DNA of 64,000 nt from positions 192,001 through 256,000 of the forward strand of contig CAXWPJ010000006.1 in assembly GCA_963664115.2 (NCBI GenBank), in the 5' to 3' direction. This document shows positions 19,621-29,197 of the stretch, piece by piece. Made by a program: the position numbers and the translations under genes. Source of the DNA: Terriglobia bacterium. GTDB lineage: Bacteria; Acidobacteriota; Terriglobia; 20CM-2-55-15. The notes beneath the pieces were generated by a model, which was given only the letters and a program-made list of their open reading frames with translations, was not told where the DNA came from and did not search any database. Position 1 is the first letter of the stretch; each line of letters begins with the position of its first letter.

Positions 19621-20229
19621 ATGCGTTACGAATTCGCACAGTATCGTGCGGGCCGCGGACGGTATATCGGCATGGTTCTCGGCCTGATCGGGCTCGGGAC
19701 CGCTCTGGTACCGCTTTACTATCTTGTTGTTGAAGGATTTGTCCATCGCGACTGGTATGTGCCCTACCTGTTCGTAGGTTTTGGCGCTTGTTTTGCTCCC
19801 TTCGGATCGTTCTTTGCCTTTTCGAAAACCGGGTCCGTGATTGATCCTCTCGAGATGAGCGTCGTGACCTGGTCTCGGTTTCTGAGAAGAAAAGAACAGT
19901 CCCATCGACTGGGTGACTATTCGCGGGTGTGTGTAACCAAAGAATACGCCTCGGCCGAGGACGACATTGTGACTTGTTACGTCGTGCGCCTGGAAGGGGA
20001 CCGTGCGGAAGGCTCTCTACGAAATCAATATCAGAATTCGCGCGTACTCGCTCTCGCTCAGACCGTTGCTGGAATGGCCGGCAAGGCCGACCGCTTCAGT
20101 CGATGGGCGTCCATGAACATGGCCACGCTTGCACAGTTTGACAGCCACCAGCTCGCAACGGCGCGACACGAGGCCGCACGGATCGCCAAGCTGATCGACT
20201 ATCCTGTGGTCGAAGATCTCGATGAATGA
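19621..20229 (+). CDS. hypothetical membrane protein (two TM helices plus soluble domain)
   Basis: two hydrophobic segments followed by a polar domain; no family motif recognised; start uncertain. Confidence 0.6.
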   Translation: MRYEFAQYRAGRGRYIGMVLGLIGLGTALVPLYYLVVEGFVHRDWYVPYLFVGFGACFAPFGSFFAFSKTGSVIDPLEMSVVTWSRFLRRKEQSHRLGDYSRVCVTKEYASAEDDIVTCYVVRLEGDRAEGSLRNQYQNSRVLALAQTVAGMAGKADRFSRWASMNMATLAQFDSHQLATARHEAARIAKLIDYPVVEDLDE

Positions 20230-20316
20230 CCAGTCAGTAGTCGATCTTTGGATCGGGGCTCGTCTCATCGGACATCTGAATTTCTCTCTGTTATCTTTCT
20301 GGTAGTTATGATTTCT

Positions 20317-21330
20317 ATGGATGATCTGAAGACGCTCTTCGAACAGAGGTTTTCTTCGCCCGTCAAGCGAGTGGAACAGATCGAAGGGGGCCTCGGTGCG
20401 TCGGCCCGGAAAATCGTTCGGCTTGTTTCGGACGGAACAAGCGCGATCGGCGTTTCCTACGATGTGCGTGAAGAGAATGTCGCGTTTGTGGAGTTCTCCA
20501 GGCACTTTCGCACCCACGGCTTGCCGGTCCCGGAAATTTACGCGGAAGATCTGGAAAAGAACGTCTATCTCGAAGAAGATCTGGGAGACACGACGCTATT
20601 CGAGTTCCTGTCCGAGAATCGCGCGGGTGAGGACCTTGCACCCGAAGTGGTTGATGTCTATCACAAGGTCACGGCGATATTGCCGCGTTTTCAGGTTGAG
20701 GCGGGCCGTGATCTTGACTACGGCGTATGCTATCCGCGGGACAGCTTCGATCGCCAGTCCATGACCTGGGACCTGAACTACTTCAAGTATCATTTTCTGA
20801 AGCTCGCCGGCATTGGATTCAACGAGCAGGCGCTGGAAGATGATTTCGACCGCCTTACGGATTTCCTGCTGGAGGCGGATCGAGACTATTTTCTTTACCG
20901 GGACTTCCAATCCCGAAACATCATGATTCGGGATGGGAATCCATTCTTTGTCGACTACCAGGGCGGTCGCAAGGGTGCGTTGCAGTATGACATCGCCTCT
21001 CTTCTCTACGATGCCAAGGCGGATCTGCCCGAGCCTCTCCGCGGACGCTTGCTCGCGGGCTATCTCGATGCGCTTTCCGGTTTCATTGAACTCGACCGCA
21101 GGGCGTTCATGCGCCACTACTACGCCTACGTTTACGTCCGGATCATGCAGGCATTGGGTGCCTACGGTTTCCGCGGCTTTTTCGAGCGTAAGCCTCTTTT
21201 TCTGGAGAGCGTCCCGTATGCCCTCAAGAACATTCGCTGGTTGCTCGACAATGTTGAGCTCCCGATCGATACACCCGCCCTGACAGACACGTTCGAGAAA
21301 ATGTCCACGTCCGAACGATTGAACCCATGA
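20317..21330 (+). CDS. amgK: APH-family phosphotransferase, probable MurNAc/GlcNAc anomeric kinase
   Basis: GASARKIVR, LPVPEIY, EDLGD, YRDFQSRNIM, VDYQGG..G..QYDIASLL; overlaps murU-like gene. Confidence 0.75.
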   Translation: MDDLKTLFEQRFSSPVKRVEQIEGGLGASARKIVRLVSDGTSAIGVSYDVREENVAFVEFSRHFRTHGLPVPEIYAEDLEKNVYLEEDLGDTTLFEFLSENRAGEDLAPEVVDVYHKVTAILPRFQVEAGRDLDYGVCYPRDSFDRQSMTWDLNYFKYHFLKLAGIGFNEQALEDDFDRLTDFLLEADRDYFLYRDFQSRNIMIRDGNPFFVDYQGGRKGALQYDIASLLYDAKADLPEPLRGRLLAGYLDALSGFIELDRRAFMRHYYAYVYVRIMQALGAYGFRGFFERKPLFLESVPYALKNIRWLLDNVELPIDTPALTDTFEKMSTSERLNP

Positions 21331-22097
21331 CAGCAGCGAAAGCGACGAAAGCGAAGAGAGCAATGATTCTGGCCGCCGGCCTCGGCACCCGGCTGCGGCC
21401 TTTAACGGAGAACCGGCCCAAGGCACTGGTTGAAGTGTCGGGTCGCACCCTGCTCGAGATCGCGCTGGAACGCCTGCGGCAATGCGGAGTCGACGAGGTG
21501 ATTGTCAACGTGCATCACTTCGCGGGGATGATTGCCGATTATCTCGAAGCGAACGAGAATTTTGGCATGCGTGTCGCACTGTCTCGCGAGGAAGTCCTGC
21601 TGGATACTGGGGGTGGCCTCAAAAAAGCGGCGTGGTTTTTTCTCGACGACACGGACCGGCTGGACGAACCGTTTATTCTCCACAACGTGGACATCCTCAG
21701 CACCATTGACCTTGAGCGGGTTGTCCAATTTCACATAGAGAATCAGGCGCTTGCCACGCTGGCTGTTCAGCGTCACGAATCGTCCCGATACCTGCTTTTC
21801 GACGAACACGATGAGCTTTGCGGGTGGAGGTCCGTCGCCGACGGACGAGAAAAGCGTGTTCGATCTGTCGAGCATCCGCAGGCATTCGGTTTCACGGGCA
21901 TCCACGTCGTCTCACCCCGCCTGCTTTCGATGATGACTGAAGAGGGTGCGTTCTCCATAAGAGACACGTATCTGAATCTCGCTTCCCGTAACTGCAGGAT
22001 AGTTGCCTACCGGGCCGACGCATACTCCTGGCAGGATGTCGGGAGTCCGGAAAGTCTGAGAAACGCTTCCAGTGCCTTCAAAGATACGCGCAGCTGA
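21327..22097 (+). CDS. murU: nucleotidyltransferase, probable MurNAc-1-P uridylyltransferase
   Basis: AMILAAGLGTRLRPLT..RPKALV, LLDTGGGLK, FTGIHV, WQDVGSPE. Confidence 0.8.
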   Translation: MTAAKATKAKRAMILAAGLGTRLRPLTENRPKALVEVSGRTLLEIALERLRQCGVDEVIVNVHHFAGMIADYLEANENFGMRVALSREEVLLDTGGGLKKAAWFFLDDTDRLDEPFILHNVDILSTIDLERVVQFHIENQALATLAVQRHESSRYLLFDEHDELCGWRSVADGREKRVRSVEHPQAFGFTGIHVVSPRLLSMMTEEGAFSIRDTYLNLASRNCRIVAYRADAYSWQDVGSPESLRNASSAFKDTRS

Positions 22098-22217
22098 TGA
22101 CCGGCGTTCTTCAGACGGTAGCGTCCCAGCCTGTAGCAAAAGTCTTGAGGGCCGCCTTACGGCGCAGCAGTTCAGTCTGAGCGTGTCCGCTCACAAAGTA
22201 TCCATCGAAGAATCGTA

Positions 22218-24405
22218 TTAATTACAGTAGTCGCTCATAGACCCGCTCACGCCGTCAGCGGGTGGCAGGCTATTAACGATGGTGGTGTTTGCGGGCGAGA
22301 GAAATTCCAGCCAGCAGATCGCGTAGGGCGCCTGCTCGCCCGGGTGCTCGGCCAGGTAGGTAGCGCCGTTGCTTGCGGCGTTCATCGATCGCAGATCGTA
22401 GATACCCCAGTCGAAAAATACATTTCCGGCCCCCCCCTATTTCTGTGGCGAGGATTTCTCCGGCGCGGACCGTCTGGCCCGGTGCGAGATTCGTGGTTTG
22501 GCTTTGCCCTTCCATAGCCTGAGGCAGCAAGTTGGCAATAGCTTGAAGGCGTGAACTGAGTACACGAAAATGATCAAATCGGTACATGATTCCGCAGGGG
22601 TTCACGAAGTCGAAAAGGTATTGCACAGCACCCCCTTCCAGATACCGTGAAGCGCGAAAGAGTTCGGCGTCGAGCGGAGCGAAGACCTGGACATCGTTGC
22701 CCTGCCCGTTGCCGTCGAAACGGAACCCGCCATGGGCCTTGTAATTTCCGCCACGGGACTGACCTGGGTAAAGAATCGATGTGGCTCCCGATAGTGACAT
22801 CGGGACCGGCAACACCAAGGGGCTTTCGCAATTCGGTGGTGTAGAGGAAGCCGACCAGGAGGTCGGGTTCTTTTGCCAGGTGATATTGTCCGGATTAAAA
22901 GGCGTTAGGGGCAGGTCCAGTGCGGCTCCCGAGTTTGACCAGAACCCGAGAGTGCCGATCATGGCTTGATCGGTGGAACCGCTGAGCTGGATGAACTGCG
23001 TCGTAAAACCGCTCCCATCAACCAGGTGGGGATAGAAGCGATCTTCAGTCACGTCCGCATTCGCTTCGTTGACAAGCGGAGTCGTCGTAATCAGAAACTC
23101 GGTCCGTTCGTTCGTCCGAATCCGCAGGCCGACGACGGCGATTTGTCTGGCTGGGTCCACTGTCGATATACGGAGGACACCCTCAAAAGGGGTTGCCAGT
23201 GCTTCCATCCCTTCGATCTGATTGACGAACAATGCTTGCTGCCCGTTGCCCGCAATCGTCGTTGTGCCGGTCAGTCCGGTCGAGCCGCCGCCTGGGGTCA
23301 GCAGTTCGAAGTTGACGGCGACGCTGTCCCCCGACGGATTCGTGATCGCGATTCCCGTCTGAATGGAACCGGCATCTTCCCCGGTTACTTCCGCAAAAAG
23401 GCGGAATGCTTGGCCTACCGAAGCAGCCGATACTCCGGTTTCGCTCACCGTTGCCGTTCCATTGCGGTAGGAAATTACGGACAGGCCCTCAGGTTTTCCG
23501 GTATTGGCTGAAGGCGACACCCGTACAGAGCCTACCTGGGTGGTGGCGCCTGCGCCGTCGGTCTGGAGCTTCTGAGAGCTGCGGCCCGGTATCGAATAGC
23601 TGAATGTTGAAGCCGTTTGATCGTTGACAGTCAAGGAGAGCGGTTGCGCTGCGACCGATCCGCTCCCCGGTTCGAAGAACTGAACCGTGCCTGCAATCGA
23701 TTCGTCGGTGGGATTGACCAGGATGACTTCGGTGATCCATCCCTCTCCGTCCGCAAAATGCGGGAAGTAAACGATTGCGTCTGTTCTGGTTGTGAGCGGG
23801 CTTACCGGAAGCGTTGTCATCAGAAATTCCGAGCGGCCATTGGTGAGTCCGCGTAGCGCGACCGCAGCCACCGGCACGTTCGAGCTGAAGGTGAAAGTCC
23901 CGCTGATTGGTGATTCTGCGTTGAACGGTTCTTCGTTGAGAAACGCTGCGATGTGACCACCTGCCGGTATGGTTGTTTGGTTTTCTCCAAAGCTGGCGCG
24001 GGTCTCGTCGGAAAAATAATACGTGATGATCGCTTCCTGGGCGTTGGGGTTCGCCATGGCCAGCCCCGTGTTGATCGGCCCGTTCACCTCCGCATAGATG
24101 CGGCCCGACAGAATCGGAGCCGATGCGGGAACGCCAGCCTCGCTGATCAGAACACCGCTTTGCCGGAGTCCGAAGATGGCCACACCGGACGGAGTTGCAT
24201 TTAGAGCATCCGGTTCGATTGCGGCATAGCCTACCGAGACCGATGCGTCGTTTCCGGCCGTCGCTATAGATCCGGCGCCTCCGCCCCCGACGGTGAACGG
24301 CACCGAAGAGGATTGAGCGGCGAGGTCATTTGAGTCGATCCCTTGGAACGTGAATAGAAGTAATCCCGCAAGCCCTGCTCGATATAGATATGCGTATGGT
24401 CTCAA
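22218..24405 (-). CDS. large secreted protein with two tandem beta-rich repeats and a C-terminal M23-like domain; frameshift in a G8 run (22430-22437)
   Basis: signal peptide; repeated SEAGVPAS..TGLAMANP..EFLMTT..FPHFADG / SETGVSA..TGIAITNP..EFLITT..YPHLVDG; removing one G gives IGGAGNVFFDWGIYDLR...CWLEFL...SDYCN* ending at 22218. Confidence 0.7.
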
Positions 24406-24754
24406 GTCAAACGTGCCTCATTACCAGTTGAAGTCCCGGACGTCCTCGATCGCAAGTCAAAAAGGACATCACGGTCCTGTTTTCTGTCAGTTGCAAACTC
24501 GCCCACGACCGGAATATTGATCAGAGCGTAGATAGCTTCGCGAGTTTTCAAGTTTTCATGAATACCTTCAGAGGTCGGACAGGGGTGTCCTGCGCTATGC
24601 TCTGGGCGATGGCTTTTCATGAAGCCCGGGGCGATCGTATTTCTCTTCGTGACGGACACTCGAAGGCCCTTCAAATGGTTTCCGGCGGGGTATGGATCCG
24701 GGCGAAGAGATCAACTGAGATGAAAATAATGACGCGTTCAGGGGTAATCAAACC

Positions 24755-25597
24755 GTGAAGACCTTGCTTACAGTTTGGCTCTGCTTGATGCTGACGCCCG
24801 CGCTGGGATTCCCGCAGCAGGATGGAGGCGGTATTGACGTTGAGTTGGTCCGTGCTGCCAGGGCGGGAGAGGCCTCACTTGTCGGCGACTTGCTCGGCAG
24901 GGGAGCTCGGGTTAATGCAAGGGTCCTGTTCGGTAACGGTTTGGGAACCGCGATATCTGAAGCAGCCGCTGGAGATTTCAGCAACATCCTTCAAATGTTG
25001 GTCAGCGCCGGTGCCGCGGTAAACCTGATCGATAACAACGGTTGGACGGCTTTGATGTCCGCTAACAATAGGGACGTTATACGGGTCCTCGTGGATGCCG
25101 GAGCAGACCTGGATGCGATGGACGTCAACGGTTGGACTGCCCTCATGCTCTTGGACGACCTCGATCTCGTCGCAGTCCTCCTGGCAGAGGGCGCCGGAAT
25201 CGATAAGGAAAACTCCTATGGCTGGACGGCGCTGATGTGGGCGGCGTTCAATGGTTTTGCGGAAAAGGTGAAGCTCCTCCTGGGGGCCAGCGCCGACGTG
25301 GAGTTTCGGGACAATCAAGGCCGCACGGCGTTGTTGCTTGCTTACAGAGGCAACCGCAACGCTGTGGAAGTGCTGATCGAAGCTGGAGCCGACCCGAACG
25401 CTAAAGACGAGACCGGGTCTACGGCTTTGATGGCCGCAGCACTGGGCGTGGATTCCGGGAAAATTCAGTTCCTGATCGACGCCGGAGCGGACGTAAACGC
25501 CATGGACGAGGAGGGAACGACGGCGTTGATGCTCGCCGATTCACTGAGTCATACCGACGTTGCCAGCGTGCTCCGTGGGGCCGGAGCCGAGGAGTAA
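24755..25597 (+). CDS. secreted ankyrin repeat protein
   Basis: signal peptide; repeated GWTALM..A...LL.AGADVNA motifs. Confidence 0.9.
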   Translation: MKTLLTVWLCLMLTPALGFPQQDGGGIDVELVRAARAGEASLVGDLLGRGARVNARVLFGNGLGTAISEAAAGDFSNILQMLVSAGAAVNLIDNNGWTALMSANNRDVIRVLVDAGADLDAMDVNGWTALMLLDDLDLVAVLLAEGAGIDKENSYGWTALMWAAFNGFAEKVKLLLGASADVEFRDNQGRTALLLAYRGNRNAVEVLIEAGADPNAKDETGSTALMAAALGVDSGKIQFLIDAGADVNAMDEEGTTALMLADSLSHTDVASVLRGAGAEE

Positions 25598-25688
25598 CTT
25601 TCCCGGCTGTCTGCCACGGACTCCTTGTCCTCTCTTAGCTTTACGATTTATGAAAAATATTTAGTGTTTTTGAGCTTTTGAAACAGGC

Positions 25689-25717
25689 TTGACAAGAGCC
25701 ACTTGAGAGGCGATAAA
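25689..25717 (+). promoter_or_regulatory. sigma70-like promoter with no downstream CDS on this strand
   Basis: TTGACA-17 bp-GATAAA, preceded by an AT-rich UP-like tract. Confidence 0.5.
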
Positions 25718-25721
25718 AGGC

Positions 25722-25915
25722 GCGTGGGGAGCGACGATGCAGTGCCGTCGAAACACTTTCGGTACTGTGACCAGGTTTTCGTTATTTACGATAGCCATCC
25801 CTCGTCGCTCACCCACGCCAACCTGCCATCCCTTACGGACGCTCCCTAGTAGGTAGCGAACCGTATAGCTGTCTTTCACAAAAAGAGAGCCCGACCATTG
25901 CCGGGCTCTCTATTT
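25722..25915 (+). ncRNA. candidate structured small RNA (unassigned family)
   Basis: 16-bp stem 25722-25737/25802-25818 closing two hairpins (three-way junction), a further hairpin 25821-25854, an upstream promoter and a downstream terminator hairpin. Confidence 0.5.
25880..25911 (-). terminator. Rho-independent terminator, possibly bidirectional
   Basis: AGAGAGCCCG/CGGGCTCTCT 10-bp stem; A-run on the left gives a minus-strand U-tract just after the TPR gene stop at 25931. Confidence 0.75.
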
Positions 25916-25930
25916 GACTTGCACGAAATA

Positions 25931-27124
25931 TTATCGATTGAGTTCCTCTCCCTGGCTTTGAATGAACGCTTCCATGCCGGTGAGGCCGTCGTTTCTTGCT
26001 TCGTAGATTTGTTCAAGCAACTCGCGGGCCTGATCGGGGCCGTTCAGAAATATCGAACGGGCCAGCGCTTCCATCGCATCCTCGGCTTCCTCGTCCCGCG
26101 CATACGCCATTCCCAGACGTAAGTACGCGACGGCGTCCGTGGGTACCGATTCGAGGGCCTCTTCGAACTCGTCCTGGGCGTCTCCCCATTCTTCCTGGTT
26201 CAAGTACACCGTGCCGAGTGTGACATGAGCGCCTGAGAGGAGGTCCGCTCGTTGTTCGGCACCAATCTGCCCTCCTGCGGTGTCCAGGAAGTGTTCCAGA
26301 ACGTCGAGCGCCTGCTCGGCGTATTCTTCCGCGGACTCGAAGTGCTCTTCGCGTTGGCTTTCGTCCTCAGGCGGCCGCTCCGCCAGGACCGAGGAAATCG
26401 TTATCAGCGTTGCAAGGCTCTGCGGATCAATATTGAGTGCCCTTTCCGCATACTCTATCGTCTTTTCCGCGTTGTTCGCGCCCTGGTACGCGGACATGAC
26501 ATTCTGGAGGAAGAAGAGTTGAGCCTGATTCCGGCGTTGGTCCGCTTCCTGATACTCGGGACTACCGACTTCCATGGCCTGGGACTGTATGTCCCAGGTT
26601 TGGCTCGCCGCATCGAAGGCAAGATCACCGTATCTTGCGGCTTCATCAACCCTGTTGAGCCCACTATTCGCGGTCATCATGGATTGGAAGGCGTACGTCA
26701 TGTTCTGGAAGTGATGGATTTGAAATTCTGTAAAGCCATCCGTGTCATCGGGGTCGTCGATGCTAATGACTTTGGCAAGAAAGAATTCGTTTTCGGCGGC
26801 TATAAAGGCCTCGCCGGCGGTCAGCATTCCCTGGTTGTTTTCCAGGTTGACGTAAGTCTGTAGCCGATACCTCAGGACGTCATGCGTCATTTCGCTTTCG
26901 GGATACTCTGTCAGGAAGGCATCGGATAACGTCAAACGGTTGATGACGCTCTCTTCAGCTTCGATTGCATTGACGGCGTCGAATTCCGCTTCGGACCCGG
27001 CCATGGCCACGAGTCTATCGTCATACTCAATCTCCTCCTCCTGGGCTGAGGCCGGTAAGGCTACCAATGCAATCAGCAATAAGATTGAAGTCATGTGTGG
27101 CACCAGGGCTCCTTTCATACTCAT
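25931..27124 (-). CDS. secreted acidic TPR protein
   Basis: signal peptide LPASA|QEEE; TPR motifs AERALNIDP, AHVTLGTVY, AYLRLGMAY; GGAGG RBS. Confidence 0.85.
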   Translation of the reverse strand: MSMKGALVPHMTSILLLIALVALPASAQEEEIEYDDRLVAMAGSEAEFDAVNAIEAEESVINRLTLSDAFLTEYPESEMTHDVLRYRLQTYVNLENNQGMLTAGEAFIAAENEFFLAKVISIDDPDDTDGFTEFQIHHFQNMTYAFQSMMTANSGLNRVDEAARYGDLAFDAASQTWDIQSQAMEVGSPEYQEADQRRNQAQLFFLQNVMSAYQGANNAEKTIEYAERALNIDPQSLATLITISSVLAERPPEDESQREEHFESAEEYAEQALDVLEHFLDTAGGQIGAEQRADLLSGAHVTLGTVYLNQEEWGDAQDEFEEALESVPTDAVAYLRLGMAYARDEEAEDAMEALARSIFLNGPDQARELLEQIYEARNDGLTGMEAFIQSQGEELNR

Positions 27125-27249
27125 GACGCTTTATTTCCTCCAGTACTTGTATTGACCAAGCGCACAGATTAGATGTCCCCGAAGGCAACTGTCAAGTGTC
27201 CACGGCTTTCTTAAAGTAGTCGTCCTCTAGTTCGTTTAAATCGATTTAA

Positions 27250-28344
27250 CTAGGGACCGGACACTTGCCCTTCGAGCTGTGCTTTGGCCTGTTCGATGGC
27301 TTCTCTCTGTGGGCTGTCGGGATATGACTCAAGGTAAGTCGAGAGTTGATCCAACGCTGCCTCGTAGTCGCGCTGGCCAAGGTAGACGTTGTACAGCATG
27401 ATCCGCACATCATGGAACTGTCTGTTCAACCCCAATGCCCGGTTCAATCTCTCCAAGGCGTCATCGAGCGCACCGGCTCTGTAGTGTGCGGCGCCCAGAT
27501 AATATTGAGCAAACTCCGAAAGTGGGTCGCGTTCGACGGCGTCTACCAGATAGTTAAACGCATGGTCGAGACTCGCTCTACCTTCTTCCAGCTGTCCAGC
27601 AGCATTCTGAACGTCGTTGTCCCGGAGGTAGATTGCGCCGAGGCTTACGAGGGGCGCGGCCGAATTCGGGCTTAAGTCTTTTGCGATCAGAAAATGACGG
27701 ATCGCATCGTCCGTGCGGCCGAGCCTCTCGTACTCAACGCCAAGTGTGTTCTGTGCCTGATAATATTCAGGCGCAATTTCTATGGCTTCTTCGAGACGTT
27801 CGGCGGCCTTTTCGTGGTCATCCTGTTCCGATTCTTCTTCTGCTTGTTCGAATAATTCAACCGCCTCATCAGGAATGACTGCGAGCAACTCGCTCAAATC
27901 GATCGCATTCGGATTGCCGGGCGAATCTTCATCGGAGTCCTCAGCTTCCAGAACGATGACTGTGACTCCCATAGCAAAGGAGCCCGTCATCACCTCGACT
28001 ATGCCGGGCTTGAAACCAGGTTCGTTTATCGATACCTCAAAAACAGGGGCCCCCCTGGGTTGATCGAACACGAAATTTCCGTTGCCGTCGGTATAGACCG
28101 TGTCGGTGACCACTCCCCGAGTCATCATGTTCACTGCGATCGGGTGTTCTATTCGACGGTTGCCGTCCGAAATGACTTGCCCCGAGATGCTTCCTCCCCT
28201 TGGCCGAGCGTCTCGGCGTGATGCGCCGACAGAGCGTGACCCGCCCTCCCTGCCGCCGGGACCCTGGCCAGCGTGTGAAAGAGACGGGGCCGGGAGTGCA
28301 AGGCAAAGGACACACAGGAGCGTGATGATGTGAGTTCTCTGCAT
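27250..28344 (-). CDS. secreted carboxypeptidase-regulatory-like domain + TPR protein
   Basis: start MQRTHIITLLCVLCLALP (signal); GSISGQV..TDGNGNFVF; TPRs AIEIAPEY, AQNTLGVEY, AQYYLGAAHY. Confidence 0.82.
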   Translation of the reverse strand: MQRTHIITLLCVLCLALPAPSLSHAGQGPGGREGGSRSVGASRRDARPRGGSISGQVISDGNRRIEHPIAVNMMTRGVVTDTVYTDGNGNFVFDQPRGAPVFEVSINEPGFKPGIVEVMTGSFAMGVTVIVLEAEDSDEDSPGNPNAIDLSELLAVIPDEAVELFEQAEEESEQDDHEKAAERLEEAIEIAPEYYQAQNTLGVEYERLGRTDDAIRHFLIAKDLSPNSAAPLVSLGAIYLRDNDVQNAAGQLEEGRASLDHAFNYLVDAVERDPLSEFAQYYLGAAHYRAGALDDALERLNRALGLNRQFHDVRIMLYNVYLGQRDYEAALDQLSTYLESYPDSPQREAIEQAKAQLEGQVSGP

Positions 28345-29197
28345 GAGGAGATCCTCAGTGGTTTTCACAGCCGAAACGAACTCTCGTATTTTACTACCCG
28401 ATGCGCCTTCGAGGTCAAGGGAGTCCGCTTGTACCCTCGACCCTTTACCGAACGGTAAAGTTCTGTCGTGGTGACACTGACAGAACAATGGCGAGCGGTG
28501 GGACGACTGCCGTTCAAAGTCTGTCTTCAGCTCTCCGTTCCGAAGTTTTCCCGGTATTCCGATGAGATCCGTCGAAAGCCGACCCCGTGTCAGTGCGCGT
28601 CCGAGTCCCGCCCCGGCCAGAAATTCCACGCTTGAGCAGCGGGTTGCGGCTCCGATAGACCTCCAGAGGGGAAACCACGCTTGTCGAGCCATCTGACTCT
28701 TTAAATGCCTGATGTAAATTGGTTTAAGCCTGTGGTAAAGGGAAGGCTGCAGACCGGCGTGAGCTCGTGCGAAGCCCGGTGATTCATAGGCAATCCACCG
28801 CTATCATCGTCTTCGCCTAATACACATAAGCAAGAGTAAAGCTACGGTCGAGGTCCCGTGCCGAAGCCCCTTTTCGATCAGTGCTGTTCAGTTAAGTGTT
28901 TACGGTTCTCTGGCGGGAGCATGATTGCTTGCGAAATTGACCGTCCAGGGTGCGTCAGATGCCTACTTTATTTTCTGCTTTCCTGTCCAGTATTATTTGC
29001 CCACGCGACGCCGAAAATAGTTTGGATATAGTGACATATGACTTGACCTAAGTCCCGTCTGTGTAACAAAATAGCTCCGAGCAATACTAAATTATTGAGA
29101 CTCGATCAATGTGCCCGATCTATCGAGGATCTGAGGCGTCTCGGGTTTCAGAGATTGACCCGTTTAGGTGAGCAGGGAGTTTAGGAGGTTTTTGTCG

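Noticed and set aside
25661-25879. 72-aa minus-strand ORF in the same intergenic region
   Set aside because: Starts directly after a terminator, has no RBS or recognisable motif, and overlaps the structured element.
25722-25915. Assignment of the candidate RNA as 6S, SRP or a hammerhead ribozyme
   Set aside because: No end-to-end rod with a central bubble, no SRP GGAA-tetraloop core, and no CUGANGA motif despite CGAAAC.
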